Assembly (NCBI GenBank): GCA_036489565.1
Contig: DASXFN010000020.1
Location: forward strand, 392 to 64,391
From: Terriglobales bacterium
Lineage (GTDB): Bacteria > Acidobacteriota > Terriglobia > Terriglobales > Acidobacteriaceae
Length of the DNA stretch: 64,000 nucleotides
Direction: 5' to 3'
Below the pieces are notes generated by a model that worked only from the letters and a program-made list of their open reading frames with translations, was not told the DNA's origin and searched no databases. Made by a program: the position numbers and the translations under genes. Shown in pieces: positions 39,156 to 45,544 of the stretch (positions are counted from its first letter, which is position 1; every line of letters starts with the position of its first letter).

Positions 39156-40281
39156 TTCCGTGAGCCTCTTTTCCGGATGCGGTGGCCTCGACCTAGGCTT
39201 GCAATGGGCGGGTTTTCAAGCAAAAGCATGCGTTGAAATGAGCGCAGATGCGTGTGCTTCTCTCCGTGCAAACTATCTTGGGAACCACGTAATACATGAT
39301 CGTATTGAAAATGTGTCTTCGGAGTGCTTGCTGCAAGTCGCTCAAGTCCAACCCGGAGAATTAGATCTTTTATCAGGTGGTCCGCCCTGTCCGCCGTACT
39401 CAAAATCTCGGTTCTATCGCAAAGAGAAACCTCGTGCCTTGGACGACCCAACTTCCGACACCCTAGTAAATTACCTGCGAGTTCTTCGAGATTTGCGCCC
39501 ACGAGCCTTTTTGCTTGAGAACGTTGCAGGAATGGCTTTTAAAGTTCATGCACCAGCCTTGAATCTGATCCTTCGTACGGCAGAGGAGTTGGGATACAAC
39601 GTCACTTATCGCGTGGTAAACGCAGCAGATTATGGGGTCGCTCAAATGCGAGAACGACTGCTGATCGTCGGTATGCGTTCGGAATATGAGTTCCAATTTC
39701 CCGAAGAGACACACGGAGAAACTACCGAACAACTAACACTTACTGGTAAGCGGCCGTGGATAACAGCGGGCGAAGTCCTCAATGATCAGGATACGCTTGA
39801 AAATGCAGATGACACAGGGCACTTTGCGGGTGGGCAATTCCACTCGCTTCTCGAACAGATACCCCCTGGCGACAACTACTTGTTCTTCACGGCTAAGCGA
39901 GGGCATCCATATCCTCAATTCGAGTGGCGGAAGAGATATTGGTCTTTTCTCTTGAAATTATCTCCAGATTTGCCGTCGTGGACCATCCAAGCAAGACGGT
40001 CAAACAACATGGGCCCATTCCATTGGCGAAATCGTATTCTTCGGATCGAAGAAATTAAACGTCTGCAATCATTCCCAGATTCGTTTGCGCTCGAGGGAAA
40101 CATTGAGTCAGCATGGCGACAAATTGGAAATGCTGTACCACCAAAGCTGGCACATGCCGTCGGGCTAAGCATTCGCGAGGCTCTTCTTTCGCAGGAGGAG
40201 CTATTAGTGCAACTCGCAGCATCTTCTAGAAAGGTCGGCATTGATGGAGAGCATAGAGAAGCGACTGCCATTCGCGGGTGA
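39142..40281 (+). CDS. DNA (cytosine-5)-methyltransferase, paralog 2 (variant motif IV)
   Basis: Motif I SLFSGCGGLDLG, motif IV GGPPCPPYS (39376-39402), LENV, QMRERLLIVG, QIGNAVPP. Overlaps paralog 1 by 14 nt. Confidence 0.9.
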   Translation: MAMLSSVSLFSGCGGLDLGLQWAGFQAKACVEMSADACASLRANYLGNHVIHDRIENVSSECLLQVAQVQPGELDLLSGGPPCPPYSKSRFYRKEKPRALDDPTSDTLVNYLRVLRDLRPRAFLLENVAGMAFKVHAPALNLILRTAEELGYNVTYRVVNAADYGVAQMRERLLIVGMRSEYEFQFPEETHGETTEQLTLTGKRPWITAGEVLNDQDTLENADDTGHFAGGQFHSLLEQIPPGDNYLFFTAKRGHPYPQFEWRKRYWSFLLKLSPDLPSWTIQARRSNNMGPFHWRNRILRIEEIKRLQSFPDSFALEGNIESAWRQIGNAVPPKLAHAVGLSIREALLSQEELLVQLAASSRKVGIDGEHREATAIRG

Positions 40282-41659
40282 ATTTTCTCCAGGACAAGTT
40301 GATCTACGTCGCGTCTTAGAACTCGCATCACAATCTGATTCCGAGAAGTCATTTGCGGAAGCAGTGCGCACTGAATATTTCGCTGACTCTTGCGAGTCCT
40401 ACAAAGGGGAAAAACGTCACATTCAGCAAACCAAACGAGCGAAGAATGTTCTTCTCGGAATGCGTGCATATAGGCTTTTGGACAGTGGATTTTTACTAAC
40501 TCCGATTGGTTCGGAACTGCTTCGCTTAGATAAGCGCTCAGCTTACCGTCACTTTGCAGCGCATATCATTACAGAAGTGCACGGTCAAAACGTTTTAGGC
40601 GCAGTCGATCGGTTATATACAAAAGGCGACAGGGTTGGGAAAGCGAGCATTAGCCTGGAATTGCGGCGTTCTGGATACATCATGCCAACCGCAACAACAG
40701 CTCATCTGATATTACTGAAGTGGCTTCGAGAAGCTGGCTTGTTCCTCAAGGATAAATCGTACGAATTGAACCGTACAGTTCTTAGCGAAATACTTGGAAC
40801 AACTCAAACTATCTTGACGGACTTGGATGGCCTATCACATAACGAACGAATATTCCTTCTTGCTTTAACAAAATTGATCACAGATGAAACCAAAAGCTTA
40901 AAGGTTTCGGACGTAATGGAATATGCTCAGAATCTCCTAAACTTAAAAGTACGAGAGGATCAATGGCGCTCTAAACTTCTCGATCCGCTAAGTAAAGCAG
41001 GCTGGATTGCCCTTGAATCTGGTACTAGTGGTAGAGGCGCGAAATCAGGAAGAGTGACGCCAACAGAGGTATTTAAGAGTCAGTACCTAGCACCGCTTTT
41101 ACAACAGCAAGAATCCGAGATGCCACAAGAACTAAGGAAAGGGCTAAATCGGTCGTTCGACAAAATCTTAGCTGAGATGGCCTCAGAAGATACATATATT
41201 AAAGGCACCGCGTTAGAGCATCTTGCTGGAAGAATCACCCAACTGCTTGATTTGAAACCCAAACATCTGCGTTTAAGGTCTTCGATGACAGGTGGTACGG
41301 AGGTGGATCTGATTGCTGAGTCTACGCGGCTCATCTTTAGTCGATGGCAAGTACAATGTAAAAATACTAAAACTTTGGCGGCAGATGATGTTGCGAAAGA
41401 AGTGGGTATCGCAGTCAGTTTGCGGTCACAGGTAATTCTTATGGTCACGACGGGACGTGCTGGTAAGGTGGTTTATCAGTATGGTCGTAAAATTAATGAA
41501 ACAACTGCAATGCAAGTAATTGTTCTTGATGGTAAAGACCTGCAAGAAGTTGCGAAAGACTCGTCTGCTGCTGGTGTTACACTCACGAAAATTTTGGACA
41601 GCAGAGCCGAGCAAGTCATGCAGCATAAAGCCGTGCAGCTTAATCTTCCCGAATATTAG
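40244..41659 (+). CDS. Restriction endonuclease-like protein: unassigned ~330-aa N-terminal region + C-terminal Mrr_cat-type PD-(D/E)xK domain
   Basis: The C-terminus reads GTALEHLAGRI...GGTEVDLIAES...RWQVQCKNTK...VILMVTTGR...VIVLDGKDLQEV, matching the D...(E/Q)xK pattern of Mrr_cat (PF04471-like). Overlaps MTase 2 by 38 nt. Confidence 0.75.
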   Translation: MESIEKRLPFAGEFSPGQVDLRRVLELASQSDSEKSFAEAVRTEYFADSCESYKGEKRHIQQTKRAKNVLLGMRAYRLLDSGFLLTPIGSELLRLDKRSAYRHFAAHIITEVHGQNVLGAVDRLYTKGDRVGKASISLELRRSGYIMPTATTAHLILLKWLREAGLFLKDKSYELNRTVLSEILGTTQTILTDLDGLSHNERIFLLALTKLITDETKSLKVSDVMEYAQNLLNLKVREDQWRSKLLDPLSKAGWIALESGTSGRGAKSGRVTPTEVFKSQYLAPLLQQQESEMPQELRKGLNRSFDKILAEMASEDTYIKGTALEHLAGRITQLLDLKPKHLRLRSSMTGGTEVDLIAESTRLIFSRWQVQCKNTKTLAADDVAKEVGIAVSLRSQVILMVTTGRAGKVVYQYGRKINETTAMQVIVLDGKDLQEVAKDSSAAGVTLTKILDSRAEQVMQHKAVQLNLPEY

Positions 41660-41741
41660 AGACGTTCCAGACACGTTATCAGGGCAAACTGGGGATAGAC
41701 GGAACCTTCCCCCGTGCCGCCTCGCTAACCTTGGCGGGTGG

Positions 41742-41770
41742 CCCACACAACGCGGTTTTCGTTGTGTGGG
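41742..41770. terminator. 11-bp stem hairpin between convergent nuclease and brnA genes (no U-tract)
   Basis: CCCACACAACG-cggtttt-CGTTGTGTGGG read directly. A second hairpin lies at 41822-41853 (CCCACTCAA-N14-TTGAGTGGG). Confidence 0.3.
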
Positions 41771-41860
41771 GAATTAAAAGCTTCCTTCCGCGCTTTCTTA
41801 GATCGACTCGATCATTTTCAGCCCACTCAATCCCGGTTTTGAGCTTGAGTGGGATTCGCA

Positions 41861-42193
41861 CTATTTCTCCATCATTCTTTTCTTGCCCTCCGTCATCACC
41901 CTCCGCAGGATCCGGTTGATGCGCGTCTGGTAGCCCGGCCCTTTGGACTTAAGCCAGTCCACCACCTCGCAATCCACGCGCAGGGAGATTCTTTGCTTCC
42001 GCGGACGGCTCCATCGCGACTCCGCTCCCGCATCCTCCTCCGCCAGCCGCAACAACTCATCTTTTACAGACGATCCTCCCCCGGCCCCACGCCCCGCCGA
42101 CGCACGCAGCCGCGCGATTTTCCCTCTCCGCAAGCGAGTCGTCCGCAACCCTGTCTTTTTCTTCTGTGTTTTCCCACGTTTAGCTGTCATCAC
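41861..42193 (-). CDS. brnA: BrnA-family antitoxin (CopG/RHH-like), apparently orphan
   Basis: C-terminus ISLRVDCEVVDWLKSKGPGYQTRINRILRRVM matches the BrnA_antitoxin signature (..lRld.dvl.wfk..G.GYQTRIN..LR.y.). Confidence 0.75.
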   Translation of the reverse strand: MMTAKRGKTQKKKTGLRTTRLRRGKIARLRASAGRGAGGGSSVKDELLRLAEEDAGAESRWSRPRKQRISLRVDCEVVDWLKSKGPGYQTRINRILRRVMTEGKKRMMEK

Positions 42194-42413
42194 ATTATTG
42201 TATAGCTCTGACCGTCATGACGATGTGTTCCCCAAGGAACACTTTCGCAGCCGCCTCTTCTTCGTAAGGTGGACTAGCCTCGGCGAGGAAGTCTCTTTGC
42301 CGAGGCCTGGGATCCAAGTGGTTCACGGAACGGTTCCACACTAATGCGCTCGCAGCGCACTTCCAGCACGGTCAGGTATTCTGTACCGCCCGGCGCTCAC
42401 CCTTGATCTCAGC

Positions 42414-43919
42414 TTATTGAATAGTCACCGGAATCTGCACCGAAGCATCCGGCGCCGGCGGGTTCGCGGCGCTGGTGTTGGTTTCGGAATAGGCATTTAC
42501 CGTAATCTGGTAGGTTCCGGGCGCAGTTCCCGCGCTGCTTCCTCCTCCTCCTCCGCTTCCCCCGCCGTTGGCTGCCGCACCGGCTCCGCCGCAGCCCACC
42601 AATAAAATTATTCCCAGAGTGCAAACGGAAATTACCGAGCGTTTCCAACGTTTTGTTGGTCCCGACGGGAATACAGTCCCGAATATTCCGAGCAGCAGAA
42701 AAGAAGCCAAACTGGAGATCAGGCCTCCACTTGCGTCAGACTTCCGTTTCATGAATGCGGAAGCGAAATTTTGCGGGTTGGTGGTCGTGGTCAATATGAC
42801 CGTCGCCGTTGCCGTGGAGCTGGCGATGAAATTGACGGTGTACTTGCTGAGCGGATCTGCGGTGGCAATCGCGCAACTGGCTTTGGGAGCGTTGGTGGAG
42901 CAGTCCAAATAAACTCTGCCATCAGCGGCCACGCCGCTAAGGTTTACCGTGGTTGTGTTTCCACTGGTCGCGCCCGCCTTCACTGTGATCGCGTTCGGCG
43001 TTCCTAAATTTGGCGGCGCAGCGGCGGAAGCCTGATAGTAGCGAACGTAATCCACCAACATAGGCGCGGGACTCGGTGTGTTGCTGTCGGGAGGTCCCGG
43101 CCAGCTTCCCGTGCCTCCTACCGCCAGGTTCAGAAGCAAATAGAAGGGATGATTGAAGTCCCACGACTGGCTGGCAGAAATGTCGTTGGCTGTGCGCACC
43201 TCAAAAACGTTGGCAGGGTCATCCACATAAAACTGCACCATGTAAGGCGACCAGATCCCGCCGTAGATGTGGAATGAGGTCACGTCGCTGTGAGTAAAAG
43301 TAAAGATTCCACTCAAACCATTTCCCGCGCAGTAGCAATCTCCGAACGCTTTTCCGCCGTGAAGAGTGGAACTGATTTTCGTGGGGCCCAAGTTCCCCGG
43401 CGGCGAGGGAACGTTCTCCATGAAATCAATTTCACCAGAACTCGGCCAGCCCACGCTGGAGATGTTGGTTCCTAATGCCCAGAACGCCGGCCAAAGGCCA
43501 GCTCCCGCGGGCAGCTTCATATTGGCTTCGATTCTTCCATAGGTAAATGACTGCTTTCCGCTGGTGATCATGCGGGTGGACGTCCAGCTATTGCTTTCGG
43601 CTGCGGTGCCGGAGCCCACGCGAATGGCCTGAATCACGAGATGACCCTTGCCGTCCATGAAGACATTTGAATGATTCGTGCATGGAGGGTGATTGCTGGG
43701 ATATCCCGGAGGGCCGCAATAGAACTCAAGCTCGTTATTCACCTTGAGATTGCCGTATTCAAACCCCCAGTTGCTGCTGTCAGGGAAGGTATTGGCGGCG
43801 CCATTGAATTCGTCGCTCCAGCGAAGGTTCCAGGTTTGCGCAGTTATCAGAGAAGGGGAAAATATTGTGCACAATATCAGCAGTAAAAGCTGCAAAATGC
43901 GGGGCGCGCGGAGATCCAT
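42414..43919 (-). CDS. Glycoside hydrolase family 16 (beta-glucanase/laminarinase-like) with Ig-like region and unusual hydrophobic/Gly-rich C-terminal tail
   Basis: Signal peptide. WSDEFNG and the catalytic GEIDFMEN (E-x-D-x-x-E) motif. Tail described in findings. Confidence 0.88.
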   Translation of the reverse strand: MDLRAPRILQLLLLILCTIFSPSLITAQTWNLRWSDEFNGAANTFPDSSNWGFEYGNLKVNNELEFYCGPPGYPSNHPPCTNHSNVFMDGKGHLVIQAIRVGSGTAAESNSWTSTRMITSGKQSFTYGRIEANMKLPAGAGLWPAFWALGTNISSVGWPSSGEIDFMENVPSPPGNLGPTKISSTLHGGKAFGDCYCAGNGLSGIFTFTHSDVTSFHIYGGIWSPYMVQFYVDDPANVFEVRTANDISASQSWDFNHPFYLLLNLAVGGTGSWPGPPDSNTPSPAPMLVDYVRYYQASAAAPPNLGTPNAITVKAGATSGNTTTVNLSGVAADGRVYLDCSTNAPKASCAIATADPLSKYTVNFIASSTATATVILTTTTNPQNFASAFMKRKSDASGGLISSLASFLLLGIFGTVFPSGPTKRWKRSVISVCTLGIILLVGCGGAGAAANGGGSGGGGGSSAGTAPGTYQITVNAYSETNTSAANPPAPDASVQIPVTIQ

Positions 43920-44102
43920 AAAAAATATCCCCCTTTTTTACAGAATGTTAGCAGTTCAGTAAAGGCTTTGTGATATCAAAGCAGACGGCGCGAAGGCTTT
44001 GCTGCCTTGAGATTTTAAGCATCCAATGCACTAATGTGCCCCTATTCAGCCCGATTTTGTAGCATCCTATAAGAACCCGCTGTAGGCAAGGATTTCGCAG
44101 GG

Positions 44103-44678
44103 ATGACGGATCGTCGGCGAGCGAATGGAAGCCCGTTGTTTTTGTCGGGAGTGCGAACGGCGCTCGTGATCACGCTCGTTTTGTTGCTCAAAGGGCCCGT
44201 GCCGCAGGCTGAGTTGCACTGGGAAACAGATCAACGCGAGCAACTGCACGTAAGGATCGTGGCCCTGGCGACATCGTTTCCGCGCTCCAGCGTTTTTACC
44301 ACCGACGAAGTCTTCATCGCGGAAATGCAAATCAGCCATGATGAATCGAGGCTGGTGAAACTGGTCTATGCCTTTCTTCCTTATCAGCCCCGCCTTTCCG
44401 AATATGGGTTGGATTATTCCCTGGTCCACGAACTGGGCGCATTGCGCGACCCAAGCTGTGACGAAAGCCTACGGCAATTGATGACGGTGCGAAAAATGGA
44501 TGGCAACGAAGTGACCGAACAGGCCGCAGATTTGAAGTATTCCGTGGATTCGCCCGTGCTTGACGTGAAACACGAACGAGGAATTCTTCACTGCTACCGC
44601 ACCACGCCCGAGTTGTATGCGAAGGCGGTGCATGATCCGGTGCAGCGACCGCAATTCAGCCTGAAACTGCGGCGCTAA
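44103..44678 (+). CDS. Secreted hypothetical protein
   Basis: 191 aa with an N-terminal hydrophobic segment. No motif recognised. Preferred over the antisense ORF 44067..44429. Confidence 0.5.
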   Translation: MTDRRRANGSPLFLSGVRTALVITLVLLLKGPVPQAELHWETDQREQLHVRIVALATSFPRSSVFTTDEVFIAEMQISHDESRLVKLVYAFLPYQPRLSEYGLDYSLVHELGALRDPSCDESLRQLMTVRKMDGNEVTEQAADLKYSVDSPVLDVKHERGILHCYRTTPELYAKAVHDPVQRPQFSLKLRR

Positions 44679-44694
44679 CAGCTATTGCTGAGAG

Positions 44695-45147
44695 TTATTG
44701 CTGAGCCCGGCAGGCAGTGCAGTACCCGCCAATTTCCAGCCGTGAAACCATAATTTTGAAGCGGCAATCTTTTTCCACCTGCTGCTTTAAATTTTCAAAA
44801 ATATCGCTGACAAATTCCATGATTTTCCCGCAACGCAGGCACGCCATATGGATGTGGTCGCGGTTCACCTTGCGCTCGTAGTAGTGGCCTTCGCCGTGGA
44901 TGTGCATCAGGTCCAACTCGTCAATCAGTCCATTGCGCTTCAATAATTTAAGCGTGCGATACACGGTGCTGCGATCCACGGAGGGGTCGATCTTTTTGGC
45001 CTTGCGCAGAATTTGCGCGGCGTCGAGATGTTTGCTGGCGGTTTCCATGACCTGCAGAATGGCGCGTCGCTGCTGGGTCATGCGAATTCCGCGCTCGGAA
45101 AAATGCGCCTGCAGGCGGCCTGGGATTTCAGTCTGGGGAAGCGGCAT
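44695..45147 (-). CDS. Fur family transcriptional regulator
   Basis: 150 aa from ATG 45147 (GAAGGAGAA upstream). Winged-helix (RSTVYRTLKLLKRNGLI), HGEGH, two CxxC pairs (CLRCG, CTAC). Confidence 0.88.
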   Translation of the reverse strand: MPLPQTEIPGRLQAHFSERGIRMTQQRRAILQVMETASKHLDAAQILRKAKKIDPSVDRSTVYRTLKLLKRNGLIDELDLMHIHGEGHYYERKVNRDHIHMACLRCGKIMEFVSDIFENLKQQVEKDCRFKIMVSRLEIGGYCTACRAQQ

Positions 45148-45255
45148 AATTTCTCCTTCGTGTACCGTTGCAACTGGTCGCAAATACGCTGCGACGATAT
45201 TATTGGCGGCGCATTGACAGCAGCGCCCATTCACGCGAAACTAAGAATCGTTAGT

Positions 45256-45415
45256 TAGTTGCGAACGGGTCGCAACTCTTTCCTGAAACATCCCCGAGAC
45301 AATTCTTCGGGTGTATTTTTGCATTACCAGATGCGACTGGATTGCAATAAGCTGCACGATTAGTTGCGACCGAATTGCAAATAGGCTTGCCATCTAGTTG
45401 CGACCGGGTTGCAAC
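45256..45415. promoter_or_regulatory. Array of four related dyad sites (TAGTTGCGAnCGnnTyGCAAC) in the fur-like / receptor intergenic region
   Basis: 45256-45276 TAGTTGCGAACGGGTCGCAAC (8-bp perfect arms). 45332-45346 degenerate. 45361-45380 TAGTTGCGACCGAATTGCAA. 45395-45415 TAGTTGCGACCGGGTTGCAAC. Confidence 0.5.
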
Positions 45416-45544
45416 AATGAAAAGTTTAAATTAAAATCCGCGCTTTGTCTATTGGCGTTTCCGTTGAAAACGCTGTCCGGGCCGGGAAATTAGCCTGACG
45501 TTAACAAACACATTGAATACTGCTTGGGGAGAGAACATCAGGAA

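Noticed and set aside
37309-41745. 13-nt direct repeat GGCGGGTGGCCCA as att-like target duplication of the island
   Set aside because: The word belongs to a GGTGG(G)CCA-containing REP family also seen at 37636-37650. The left copy lies 640 bp before the first island gene and there is no integrase. It is reported only as part of the repeat scaffold.
42194-42413. Remnant brnT toxin gene upstream of brnA
   Set aside because: I translated all three minus-strand frames. None shows the BrnT N-terminal or C-terminal signatures. One frame (…RPRQRDFLAEA…) has only vague resemblance, which is insufficient to call a pseudogene.
42417-42635. Separate small lipoprotein gene at the 3' end of the GH16 ORF
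   Set aside because: No ATG/GTG/TTG start or SD is present in frame before the lipobox-like segment, and no stop separates it from GH16. It was kept as one CDS and flagged as a finding.
45417-45445. Classical AT-rich Fur box in the AT-rich patch just upstream of the receptor gene
   Set aside because: The sequence (AATGAAAAGTTTAAATTAAAATC) does not match the GATAATGATAATCATTATC hexamer pattern well enough. The GC-containing dyad array is the better-supported feature.
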